From Thermodesulfobacteriota bacterium (lineage in GTDB: Bacteria; Desulfobacterota_D; UBA1144; Nemesobacterales; UBA2774): DNA of 64,000 nucleotides. Position 1 is the first letter of the stretch; each line of letters begins with the position of its first letter. Location: the NCBI GenBank assembly GCA_040754335.1, contig JBFMCV010000006.1, positions 80,710-144,709 on the forward strand, given 5' to 3'. Both the position numbers and the translations under genes were made by a program. The notes under the pieces were generated by a model. It saw nothing but the letters and a program-made list of their open reading frames with translations, did not search any database and had not been told where the DNA came from. Positions 44,874-54,088 of the stretch are shown one piece after another.

Positions 44874-45761
44874 TTACCGCATATCGGGGTCGACGTGAAC
44901 GGTTACTTCGGAGCTTCCGATTTTTTCTTTGATCGCTCTCACTATATCTTCTGCTATTTCGTGCGATTCGATGAAAGTCAGCCTGTGGTCCATAACGACG
45001 TGGAATTCGATGAATTTTACCGACCCCGCGTTCCTTGTCTTGAGCTTGTGGTAACTCTTTACGTTCGGATTGAATTCCATGATAACCTCTTCGATATCCC
45101 GGACTGTCTCTTGCGGCAGCTCTTTGTCCATCAATATGTCGATAGACTCGATCAGGATATCCTTGGTCGACCAGACGATAAACGCCGCCACGAGCATGGA
45201 GATGATAGGGTCGATTATGTTTAACCCTGTGAGCTTTATGACGAACAGCCCCGCCAGTATGCCGCCGTTGGTGTATAAGTCGAACTTGTAGTGGAGGCTG
45301 TCGGCGTTAAGAATCAAGCTTCCCGTCTCCTCAGCGACTCTCTTAATGTGCCTCGCGAGGAAGAGGCTGACTATCATAGACAGGACTATTACCGCCATCC
45401 CCCATCCGACTGATACCAGTGCTTCGTCTCCCATAAGTCTCAGGACGGAAAGGTATATGAGATAAACGGCCGAGGAGCCGATGATGAATGTCTGGAACAG
45501 TCCTGCGAGCCCTTCTGCTTTCCCGTGTCCGAACTTGTGGTCGTGGTCGGCCGGTTTTTCCGATTTCCTTATCGAATAGAGATTTACGGATGATGCCGTT
45601 ACATCGAGAAAAGAATCCACGGCTGAAGCGAGCACGCTTATCGAGTTGGTCAGGATACCGAACACGACTTTAACGATGATTAATGCGATGGATACACTTA
45701 TGGAGAGAAGAGCAGTCCGGAACTTTATATTTTTGCTAATATCTCTGCTGCTTGATGACAA
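44874..45761 (-). CDS. Cation diffusion facilitator (CDF) family metal transporter
   Basis: Six-TM region with HDHKFGHGKAE and a C-terminal cytoplasmic domain. TTG start. Confidence 0.88.
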   Translation of the reverse strand: MSSSSRDISKNIKFRTALLSISVSIALIIVKVVFGILTNSISVLASAVDSFLDVTASSVNLYSIRKSEKPADHDHKFGHGKAEGLAGLFQTFIIGSSAVYLIYLSVLRLMGDEALVSVGWGMAVIVLSMIVSLFLARHIKRVAEETGSLILNADSLHYKFDLYTNGGILAGLFVIKLTGLNIIDPIISMLVAAFIVWSTKDILIESIDILMDKELPQETVRDIEEVIMEFNPNVKSYHKLKTRNAGSVKFIEFHVVMDHRLTFIESHEIAEDIVRAIKEKIGSSEVTVHVDPDMR

Positions 45762-45869
45762 CTTGCTTTTTTACTTCTCGGTATCGGTTTATACGTCTGC
45801 GGGAGAGCCGTTAAGGCTATGAACTGATCGGTATTCTCCGAAACGGAATACCCTGCCGATAATATCCGC

Positions 45870-47186
45870 TCAGACGCTCCATCTCTTGAGCTTTTCTTCG
45901 ACTTTCCGGCTCAGCTGCTCCCTGTATTCTTCAATATCGATTTTTATTCTCGATGCGCCCGTGTGCATCGCGGCTTCGGCGACGGCGACGGATTCCCAAA
46001 CGAGCACCCTGGGGTCAAAAGGGGAGGGGACTATGTACTCGGGGCCGAAATCGAAATGCTTCTTGCCGTAAGCCTTGGCGACACTCTCATCGGCTCCCCT
46101 TTTGGCGAGCTTCGCGAGAGAATATGCCGCGGCTACCTTCATCTCTTCGTTGATCGCCTTGGCTCTCACGTCGAGCGCCCCTCTGAATATGAAGGGGAAC
46201 CCGAGAACGTTGTTGACCTGGTTCGGATAATCGGACCTTCCCGTGGCCATAATTACGTCCTTTCTCGCTGCCTTGGCGTCCGGGTAGGAGATCTCGGGGT
46301 CCGGGTTGGCCATCGCGAATATGATCGGCTTGTCCGCCATGGATTTGACCATCTCTTTGCTGACCGCGCCTCCGGTCGAGAGGCCCACAAAAACGTCGGC
46401 CCCTTTCATGGCGTCTTCGAGGGTCCTTGCGCTCGTATCCACGGCGAATCTTTCTTTCTGGGGGTTCATGTTCGCCTCTCTCCCCTTGTATATGACCCCG
46501 CGGCTGTCGCACATGATCATGTGATCTCTTTTAGCGCCCAGGTGTATGAAGAACTCGGCGCAGGCTATCGCTGAAGCCCCGGCGCCGTTGAACGTCATTC
46601 TGAGCTCGCTTATCTCCTTCTTTACAAGTTCGCATGCGTTGAGCAGCCCGGCGCCCGATATTATCGCCGTCCCGTGCTGGTCGTCGTGAAACACCGGGAT
46701 GTCCATCTGCTTCCTCAATTCGTCTTCTATGTGAAAGCACTCGGGGGCCTTGATGTCTTCGAGGTTGATGCCTCCGAAGGTGGGCTCGAGATACTTCACC
46801 GTCTTGATGATTTCCTCGGGGTCGTCGGTGTTTAATTCGATATCGAACGCGTCTATACCGGCGAACCTCTTGAAGAGAACGCTCTTCCCTTCCATTACCG
46901 GCTTGCCGGCGAGCGCGCCTATCTTTCCGAGTCCCAGCACTGCTGTGCCGTTCGTTATGACGCCGACGAGGTTCCCCTTGTTAGTGTATTCGTAGGCGAG
47001 ATGAGGGTCTCTGTATATTTCCATACAGGGCTCGGCGACGCCCGGAGAGTATGCCAGAGAAAGGTCCCATTGAGTCAGGCAGGGCTTGGTCGGCACGACT
47101 TCAAGCTTTCCCTTTCGGCCGACACTGTGGTAATCCAGTGCGGCTTGCTTCATCTCTTTCTCTTTATCATCAGCCGAATTAGACAT
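45870..47186 (-). CDS. maeB: NAD(P)-dependent malic enzyme (short form without PTA domain)
   Basis: [18 protein letters not shown] start, [17 protein letters not shown] dinucleotide fold. 438 aa. Confidence 0.9.
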   Translation of the reverse strand: MSNSADDKEKEMKQAALDYHSVGRKGKLEVVPTKPCLTQWDLSLAYSPGVAEPCMEIYRDPHLAYEYTNKGNLVGVITNGTAVLGLGKIGALAGKPVMEGKSVLFKRFAGIDAFDIELNTDDPEEIIKTVKYLEPTFGGINLEDIKAPECFHIEDELRKQMDIPVFHDDQHGTAIISGAGLLNACELVKKEISELRMTFNGAGASAIACAEFFIHLGAKRDHMIMCDSRGVIYKGREANMNPQKERFAVDTSARTLEDAMKGADVFVGLSTGGAVSKEMVKSMADKPIIFAMANPDPEISYPDAKAARKDVIMATGRSDYPNQVNNVLGFPFIFRGALDVRAKAINEEMKVAAAYSLAKLAKRGADESVAKAYGKKHFDFGPEYIVPSPFDPRVLVWESVAVAEAAMHTGASRIKIDIEEYREQLSRKVEEKLKRWSV

Positions 47187-47254
47187 GTAACAATAATCCT
47201 CCGTTTATTTTTCCTTTTTTGTGTGTGTAAGGATATTCATGACGAGTATTCGCG

Positions 47255-47479
47255 TCAGCCTTTCACTCCGCATCCGCAGCCCGTCGGGCTGCAGCCGCAT
47301 CCGCCGCCTGTCCGGCCAGGCGGGGAGAGTTCACCCTCAGATTTTATTCCGAAAGGAGAGAATTGCTTTTCTATATTCCTGCTCTCACACGTAGCGCAAG
47401 CGACCGCTTCTTCGCTGTTAAGAACCAAAGTTTCGAATAATTCCTGGCAGTCGAGACACCTGTATTCAAATATCGGCAC
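47255..47479 (-). CDS. FmdB-family zinc-ribbon protein
   Basis: MPIFEYRCLDCQELFE...CATCES CxxC-CxxC pattern and a Gly/Cys-rich tail. Confidence 0.8.
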   Translation of the reverse strand: MPIFEYRCLDCQELFETLVLNSEEAVACATCESRNIEKQFSPFGIKSEGELSPPGRTGGGCGCSPTGCGCGVKG

Positions 47480-47648
47480 TCTATAGGGACCTCCGGCGCC
47501 CTAATGAATGGAAAGTATTATAAATTTATATCAAATGTAGTCAACGTGGTAATTTTCCGGTTATTTTCCGGGAATAATCCCGGCCCATCGGAAGATTTTT
47601 AGTATAACCGGGATAATTATCGATGTTAAGGAACGATTTTGCCGGCCG

Positions 47649-48443
47649 TCACAGCGACCGGTCCGCGATGAATCGGCTTATTCGCGGCTTATCGCCTTTA
47701 AAAGCCAGCGCAGCTATGTAATCATTCCACGTATCGATTTGCAGTATCGTCCAGCTCTCATCCGATTCTTCAAGGCTTATGGATGCAGCGGACGGAGACG
47801 TACTACTGAGAACTGGAGAAAGATCCAGCTCTTTCAGGGCGGATGAGAAACCTCTGCCCACTGCTTTCGAGTAAGCCTCCTTTATCGTCCATAAGCTCAT
47901 GAAAGCCCGGATTCTCATGATCTCGGGACGAGACTGAAAATATTCCATTTCGCCCGGAGTAAAAAACCGTTCGAGGATCTTTTCAGGCTTAAGAACAGGC
48001 CTTATATATTCGACGTCTATACCGACATCACACTTTGCCGCAACAGCGCAAAGGGCGAGGTTCCGGGAATGGGATAGATTAAAACTGATTTTCTTCCGAT
48101 CGGATTCGGCGGCTATCGCCGGCTTCCCGTGCTCATTATATTCAAATTCTATATCCGCGGGCCGTGTGTTCAGATAACAGCCGAGAATTATTCGCAGGTA
48201 ACCGCGGGCGGTGACGAATTTATCCCTGTATACGGAGAGGCCCAGCCTCGAAGCCCTGACTCTTTCGTCTTCGGACAGTACTTCATTGAACAGGTATACG
48301 TTGTTTATCGCCGGGTGGTCGAGGGCTATCTCCCATACGTGGACTTCGCCGTCGCTGATTGTCCTGACGGCATGAGTATTCTTCCGTTCCGCGCCTATCG
48401 GATTCACAGGTAAATCATACAGGGGTTCTATCCTCTTTCTCAA
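47649..48443 (-). CDS. Sfp-type 4'-phosphopantetheinyl transferase
   Basis: FNLSHSRNLALCAV, GIDVE and WTIKEAYSKAVG motifs. Confidence 0.85.
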   Translation of the reverse strand: MRKRIEPLYDLPVNPIGAERKNTHAVRTISDGEVHVWEIALDHPAINNVYLFNEVLSEDERVRASRLGLSVYRDKFVTARGYLRIILGCYLNTRPADIEFEYNEHGKPAIAAESDRKKISFNLSHSRNLALCAVAAKCDVGIDVEYIRPVLKPEKILERFFTPGEMEYFQSRPEIMRIRAFMSLWTIKEAYSKAVGRGFSSALKELDLSPVLSSTSPSAASISLEESDESWTILQIDTWNDYIAALAFKGDKPRISRFIADRSL

Positions 48444-48447
48444 CTCT

Positions 48448-49203
48448 TTAGAACGATTTCCAGAAATCTATGCCCGCCCAGTCGAGCGCCCTCTGGCCGT
48501 AGATATTGAGGTAGTAGAGGTTGTTCGTTGCCATCAGTATGCCCACGACAATTAATGTCCCGCCGACGATGATTTTATAGAGACCGTAATTACGCTTAAT
48601 CCATCCGAACGCGGTGAGGGCTTTTGAGAGGGCAAGCCCGGTGATGATGAACGGCAGGCCTAGTCCTATGGAATATACGAAGAGCAGTACCGCGCCTTTT
48701 CCCGCCCCTTCCGCCGTGCTTGCATAAAGGAGTATGGAGGCGAGTATCGGCCCGACGCACGGGGTCCATCCGAACCCGAACGCGATGCCGAGGAAGAATA
48801 TGCCTATGAGCCCCAGGTTGCCGCCCGTGAAGTATATCCTCCTTTCCCTGTAGAGCTGCGGTATCTTGAGTATGTCCATGGAAAAAAGCCCGAACAGTAT
48901 TATTATCACACCCGAGATCCTGAGGAGGAGCACCTTGTTCTCGTGCAGGAAAGTGCCTATAAATGAAGCTGACGCGCCCAGCGTGACGAACACTGCCGAG
49001 AAGCCGAGCACGAAGAAGAGGCTCGGCACGAGTATCCTCACCGCCTTTCCTTCGGTCGCATCCCCGGTCAGCTCCTCGAACGACATTTTGGAGACCATGG
49101 ATACGTAACCCGGTATGAGCGGGAGCACGCACGGCGAGAGGAACGAGATTATTCCCGCCAAAAAAGCGATAAGCCAGCTTACCTGGACCTCCGCCGGATT
49201 CAC
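48448..49203 (-). CDS. ccdA: Cytochrome c biogenesis / thiol-disulfide electron transporter CcdA (DsbD-beta family)
   Basis: Polytopic membrane protein with SPCVLPLIPGY and GWTPCVGPIL motifs. Confidence 0.9.
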   Translation of the reverse strand: MNPAEVQVSWLIAFLAGIISFLSPCVLPLIPGYVSMVSKMSFEELTGDATEGKAVRILVPSLFFVLGFSAVFVTLGASASFIGTFLHENKVLLLRISGVIIILFGLFSMDILKIPQLYRERRIYFTGGNLGLIGIFFLGIAFGFGWTPCVGPILASILLYASTAEGAGKGAVLLFVYSIGLGLPFIITGLALSKALTAFGWIKRNYGLYKIIVGGTLIVVGILMATNNLYYLNIYGQRALDWAGIDFWKSF

Positions 49204-49727
49204 TCGGTTATGTCCTCCATATATAATTTAAATTTCTTTTCCCCCTCTTTTCCTATGAACGGCCCGTAATTTTTAACCGCTATCTCGCCTTCTTTATTGA
49301 TGAAAAATGTCGCAGGCAGGGCTACGACCTTGTACTTGGACGAGACTTCGCCCGGCTGGTCGTAGAGGTTTGTGTACGTAATGCCCGTGTTCTTGATAAA
49401 TTCGGCGGCGTTCTTTCTGTCGTCCATGACGTCAACGCCAATGAATACGACGTCCTCATCCTTGAACTTGTTCCACATCCTTTCGAAGAGCGGCAGCTCT
49501 TCTTTACAGGGCCCGCACCAGGTAGCCCAGAAATTGAGCACTACCGGCTTCCCCATAAAGTCCCGGAGACTGATTTTACTCCTGCCGTCCACTGTTTCGA
49601 GAGAGAAGTTCTCTGCGGGGTTCCCGCCTGAGCCGCTCCCCTGCTCACTATTCCCCTGGTCACATGAAATAATCAGGAGCGGAATCAAAATTACGGCGGG
49701 CGAAATGTAAAGGAATATTCTCTTCAT
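49200..49727 (-). CDS. TlpA/ResA-family periplasmic thioredoxin (probable lipoprotein)
   Basis: WATWCGPC motif. Start at ATG 49727 behind a GAGGAG SD gives the signal MKRIFLYISPAVILIPLLIISC. Overlaps the ccdA start by 4 nt. Confidence 0.85.
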   Translation of the reverse strand: MKRIFLYISPAVILIPLLIISCDQGNSEQGSGSGGNPAENFSLETVDGRSKISLRDFMGKPVVLNFWATWCGPCKEELPLFERMWNKFKDEDVVFIGVDVMDDRKNAAEFIKNTGITYTNLYDQPGEVSSKYKVVALPATFFINKEGEIAVKNYGPFIGKEGEKKFKLYMEDITE

Positions 49728-49901
49728 ACGATCTCCTCGTGATACGGGGCGCCTTTTTAAGAATGCTAAATAATATACCATTCATATTGTTTTTATGTGC
49801 CGGTAATAGAGAGAATACGAAGCGCCGGGCGGATCGGATCCGGGTTCGGGCGATTAATGGACCGGTATTAGAACAACCATGAGTTTGAGCATCGGTATCC
49901 C

Positions 49902-50534
49902 TCATTCCGTGCTGAGCGGCGTAAGAAGCTCGGGGCGGACATCATTTATAGTGTCTACATCTTTCAATGTATCGAGGGTCTTATGACTGAGATTCTTCTC
50001 ATTAATGCGGTTGAGGGTTTGGTTGAGCACGAGGCTGGTCCCCCATTCGATATCGCTGAAAAGGGAAGGCTCGATGCTTTTGAGTCCGAGCAGATAATAC
50101 CCGCCGTCCGCCGCCGGCCCGGTTACAACGTCCGTTTCTTCAAGGAGGCTGAAGGCGGCGGTAACCGTGTCTCCGCTGATGTCCGGAACGTCCGTCCCTA
50201 TCAGCACGGCTTTTTCCGCCCCCTTGGAGAATACCCGTTCAAACGCATCAGACATCCTCTCGCCGAGCTCGCCTCCTGACTGGGGTTCGTAGGACGCATT
50301 CTCGGTTCCGAGCCAGCCTCTCACGTCCTTTTCTCTGTGCGGCGGATCGAAGTAAATTACGGTTCCATACGAGTCAGACGCCGATACATTCTCTATTACA
50401 CTTTTCGCCATTCTTGCATACATCTCAGCCGCCCTTTGCGCGCCCAGGTCCCGGGCGATCCTCGTTTTGACCAATCCGGGCTCGGGATACTTGACGAATA
50501 CGATAAGGATATTCTTTCGGTCTCTCTCTGGCAT
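49902..50534 (-). CDS. DUF2064-type glycosyltransferase (arsenosugar-biosynthesis-associated family)
   Basis: N-terminal ILIVFVKYPEPGLVKTRIA signature of the DUF2064 family. Operon context with arsS and arsM. Confidence 0.75.
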   Translation of the reverse strand: MPERDRKNILIVFVKYPEPGLVKTRIARDLGAQRAAEMYARMAKSVIENVSASDSYGTVIYFDPPHREKDVRGWLGTENASYEPQSGGELGERMSDAFERVFSKGAEKAVLIGTDVPDISGDTVTAAFSLLEETDVVTGPAADGGYYLLGLKSIEPSLFSDIEWGTSLVLNQTLNRINEKNLSHKTLDTLKDVDTINDVRPELLTPLSTE

Positions 50535-50570
50535 CGTAGTAAATGAAGGGCCTGAATTAACGGAGTAGCT

Positions 50571-51620
50571 TTATGCGGTGGCTCCGCCGCAGCTGCTGCC
50601 TCCCCCCGCCGTACACCCGAAACAGTGGGGAGCGAAGATTATCCTCCTCTTCATAAGACGCTCGTAATCGAAATTAAAGACGGTCATGGGCTTGCCTTTT
50701 CCTGCTATCTCCAATTCGAGCATCTGGTTGAAATCGCAGTCGTATATCCTGCCGTCGTATCCCACGCTTACGAGCGACCTGCACATGACGCCCTCGGCGG
50801 CGGCCGGGTTGTACGCGTTTACGAGCCTGGTCATGTATTCGTCGTAGGCTCCCAGTTTTTTAAGCTGCTGCTTGAAACGGTTGATAGGCATGTTCGTTAT
50901 CGTGTAGAGGTTGTTAAAGACTATGCCGTATTTTCTTTCGAGCTCTCTTTTGAAATCCGCTTCAAGGCTTTTCTGAGGCGCGGGCAGGAACGCTCCAACG
51001 GGGTTGTAAACGAAATTCAGTATGAGCCCCGTGTCATCCATGCCGTATCCTGCGGCATTGAGCAGCAATATGGCCTGCACGCTTTTTTCGAATACGCCCT
51101 TGCCCCTCTGCTTGTCGGTGAAATATTCCTGGTAATAGGGCAGCGACGAAATGACTTCTACCCCGTGCTCCGCGTAAAACCGGGGGAGATATGACTTGCT
51201 CTCTCCGGTTACGGGATTGCCGTCTATCGTCACGGTCAGGTTGTGCCTGACCATGACGTGCTTCCCGAGCTTCACAGCTTCCCTGACGAGGCGGTCGAAA
51301 TGCGGATTGAGCTCAGGGGCTCCGCCTGTAATGTCGAGATTCTTTATCTGATAATGGTCCCCGAGAATTTCCAGGCACCGGTCTGCGGTAGCGAGGTCCA
51401 TCTGCTCGGTCCTACTCGGCGAGGCGTCGACGTGGCAGTGTACGCAGGACTGGTTGCAGAGCTTGGTAACGTTTACCTGGAGTGTGTCTATACCGAGAGG
51501 ACGGAGCTCCTGACCGTTGTCCCTGAGCGTTTTATAAAAATCGTATTTGATCTCGTCGCTCTCGACTATTCCGTCCGTTTTCTGCTTGAGGGCGTGAGCC
51601 TCGGGCATAGAATGCTCCAA
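50571..51620 (-). CDS. arsS: Arsenosugar biosynthesis radical SAM protein ArsS
   Basis: CNQSCVHC radical SAM cluster motif. Cys-rich C-terminal region CDFNQ...CFGCTAGGGSSCGG is typical of the radical-SAM/Cys-rich family. Confidence 0.8.
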   Translation of the reverse strand: MEHSMPEAHALKQKTDGIVESDEIKYDFYKTLRDNGQELRPLGIDTLQVNVTKLCNQSCVHCHVDASPSRTEQMDLATADRCLEILGDHYQIKNLDITGGAPELNPHFDRLVREAVKLGKHVMVRHNLTVTIDGNPVTGESKSYLPRFYAEHGVEVISSLPYYQEYFTDKQRGKGVFEKSVQAILLLNAAGYGMDDTGLILNFVYNPVGAFLPAPQKSLEADFKRELERKYGIVFNNLYTITNMPINRFKQQLKKLGAYDEYMTRLVNAYNPAAAEGVMCRSLVSVGYDGRIYDCDFNQMLELEIAGKGKPMTVFNFDYERLMKRRIIFAPHCFGCTAGGGSSCGGATA

Positions 51621-51673
51621 TATTATTCCGCTGGACCTGAATCCTGCGTTCTGTTCTTATTTCGTACGGAGGA

Positions 51674-52009
51674 TCACAATGCGCCTTGTTTTTCGAGCGC
51701 ATTATGCATCTGGATACCGTGTATCAGCGTGATACCCGCTTCCATGGATGCGGCCACGTGTATAGCCTCCGTCATCTGCTCCGGATCGGCCCCTGTCTCC
51801 AGGCACTGCGTCGTGTAAGCGTCGATGCAGTAGGGGCATTGTTTGACGTGTGCGACCGCAAGTGCGATGAGGGCCTTCTCCCTTCTGGTCAGCGCGCCGT
51901 CCTCGCCGGTAGCCGCGTTGTAATAATCGAAGAACTTCTTCATCAGCTCCTGGCCGAATTTCCCCATCTCGGAAAACCGTTTCAGGTCCTTCGGGTCATA
52001 GTAATCCAT
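51674..52009 (-). CDS. AhpD/carboxymuconolactone-decarboxylase-fold peroxidase-like protein (arsenosugar-associated)
   Basis: 111 aa with a CPYC motif (HVKQCPYCIDAY). Sits between arsM and arsS. Confidence 0.75.
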   Translation of the reverse strand: MDYYDPKDLKRFSEMGKFGQELMKKFFDYYNAATGEDGALTRREKALIALAVAHVKQCPYCIDAYTTQCLETGADPEQMTEAIHVAASMEAGITLIHGIQMHNALEKQGAL

Positions 52010-52042
52010 CCCGTACCTCCGTTAATTCTGGTGTGTTAGGCT

Positions 52043-53005
52043 TCAGCAGCAGCTGCCTCCGCCGTCAGGCGCGCAGCACGAGCTTTCCTCCTGTTTCCTG
52101 CCTGACTCCGTTATTATAAACATGCCCGAATAAGGGGCGGCGGAAAGTTTGGAGGCAGTATCCGTGCATACTTCGACGGCCTGATTTCTGGGAAAAACAT
52201 GTCCCTCTTCGTCTATTATCACCTTGAAGGGGCCTTTGTAAGTTGCGTACTGTCCTGTGTAGATGCAGCCCGGTGTTTTCCGGAATTTGTATCCCCTGAC
52301 AGTGACCGAATAGAATTCGATGTTTTCGACACACTTCCAGTATTTTTTGTCGAGCACCTCTATGCCGTAAAAACCCGCCTGCTCCATGTGGGAGAGAAAC
52401 CGGTCTTCGGCAAGCGAGCCCGAAATGCACTCGCCCAGAAGCCGCTCGTCGTTTTTCAGATGCGCGGGAATCTCGCGGTCGGAAACGATGTCGGATACGA
52501 CTATCCTTCCACGGTCCTTGAGCACCCTCCATATCTCGGAGAATACTTTCCGCTTGTCGGGGGAAAGATTGATGACGCAGTTGGATGTGATAAGGTCTGC
52601 TGAGTCGGCGTCGGCGGGTATCTCTTCGAGATAGCCCTTCCGGAACTCAACGTTCTTGTATCCCAGATTCTCCGATACCGCCTCCTTGTTTTCATTCGCT
52701 ACTCTGAGCATGTCGTCTGTCATATCGACGCCGATGACCTTTCCCGCCCGCCCTGTCTTCTTGGCCGCGATGAAGCAGTCTATGCCCGCTCCCGAGCCCA
52801 GGTCGAGCACGGTTTCTCCGGTGGTAATTCCCGCAAGGCTGATCGGGCTTCCGCAGCCGTAGAACCTTTCGGTTACCTCGCGGGGTATGTGGCTCGTTTC
52901 CTCGGCCGGGTAACCGCCCGGACAGCAGAGGCTCGCCTGAGGTTCCCTGGCTGCCCTGCCGTAAAATTCCTTTACACTCTCTCTCGTTTGGTCTTTTGTC
53001 TCCAT
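52043..53005 (-). CDS. arsM: Arsenite S-adenosylmethionine methyltransferase ArsM
   Basis: SAM-binding VLDLGSGAGID. Conserved Cys positions LCCPGG, GECISG and SNCVINLSP. Cys-rich tail SSCCAPDGGGSCC. Confidence 0.85.
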   Translation of the reverse strand: METKDQTRESVKEFYGRAAREPQASLCCPGGYPAEETSHIPREVTERFYGCGSPISLAGITTGETVLDLGSGAGIDCFIAAKKTGRAGKVIGVDMTDDMLRVANENKEAVSENLGYKNVEFRKGYLEEIPADADSADLITSNCVINLSPDKRKVFSEIWRVLKDRGRIVVSDIVSDREIPAHLKNDERLLGECISGSLAEDRFLSHMEQAGFYGIEVLDKKYWKCVENIEFYSVTVRGYKFRKTPGCIYTGQYATYKGPFKVIIDEEGHVFPRNQAVEVCTDTASKLSAAPYSGMFIITESGRKQEESSCCAPDGGGSCC

Positions 53006-53298
53006 ATACTGCTTATCTCCTGTATTGGTTGTAGGTGCGGATATTGGGAATTTATATCTATTCTTGCATCTCCATAGCCCGATGTAAATAGGACTCTCGG
53101 TCCCCGGCAGATGTAATTACGTTGAAATCTACCGTTTAGATGCTTATTATCTTTTAGAGTTTCATTTTTTTGCTGCGGATTCCGGTTTCGATTAGTGAGC
53201 GTATCGTTTAATTTACACCCTCCGCTAATTGCAGACGGCGGGTATTGTTACGTTGTAACACCCTAAGCTAGAGCCGGGAGGATAAGACAGATTTTCAT

Positions 53299-53991
53299 AT
53301 GGAATTAAAATCGGTGATTTTTGATTTCGACGGGGTGATAGCGAATACGGAGCCTGTCCATTTAGGCGCCTTCCAGCTTACACTCGAGGGCATCGGTATA
53401 GAGCTTACCGAAGAGGACTACTACGCCAACTACCTGGCATACGACGACAAGACTTTCTTCAGGAGGCTTCTCGATGACAGGGACTATAAGCACGAAGAAG
53501 CCCTCATTGCCGAGCTCATGGAAAGGAAGACCGGCCACTACGATAACCTGATAAAAGGCAGGATCGAGATACTGCCCGGAGTAAAGAGCTTCATCGAAAG
53601 GATAGCGGGCCGGTACCGTCTCGCTATAGGCTCAGGGGCGCTTAGGGCCGAGATCACGGATATACTCGAGTTCGCGGGGATCGGCGGATATTTCGAGGTA
53701 ATCGTCAGCGCCGAGGACGTAGAGAACTGCAAGCCGGCCCCGGACGTGTTTCTCGAGGTGTTAAAAAGGCTCAACTCCCGGGCTTCGATTACAGGTCCTA
53801 TAGCTGCCGGGGAGTGCCTCGTCATAGAGGATTCCGTTTCGGGAATCAAGGCCGCTCTCTCGGCAGGGATGAAGTGTCTCGCCGTAACGAACTCTTATCC
53901 GGCCGAAGAGCTTTCCCATGCGCATATGGTGAAAGAGAGCCTGGGCGGGGTCGGGATCGAAGACCTGATCGTATTGTTCCCGGGGCTTTGA
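53299..53991 (+). CDS. HAD-superfamily hydrolase (beta-phosphoglucomutase-like)
   Basis: VIFDFDGVIANTE DxDG motif. IGSG and EDSVSG motifs. Confidence 0.85.
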   Translation: MELKSVIFDFDGVIANTEPVHLGAFQLTLEGIGIELTEEDYYANYLAYDDKTFFRRLLDDRDYKHEEALIAELMERKTGHYDNLIKGRIEILPGVKSFIERIAGRYRLAIGSGALRAEITDILEFAGIGGYFEVIVSAEDVENCKPAPDVFLEVLKRLNSRASITGPIAAGECLVIEDSVSGIKAALSAGMKCLAVTNSYPAEELSHAHMVKESLGGVGIEDLIVLFPGL

Positions 53992-54088
53992 TAGAGTCTT
54001 CCGGCTACTGCAAACACGATTTGGCGTGCAGGTCCTCTATTCGTCCGTAGAGATTGAGAAATGCTCTGACTCCAATTACTATTACGCT

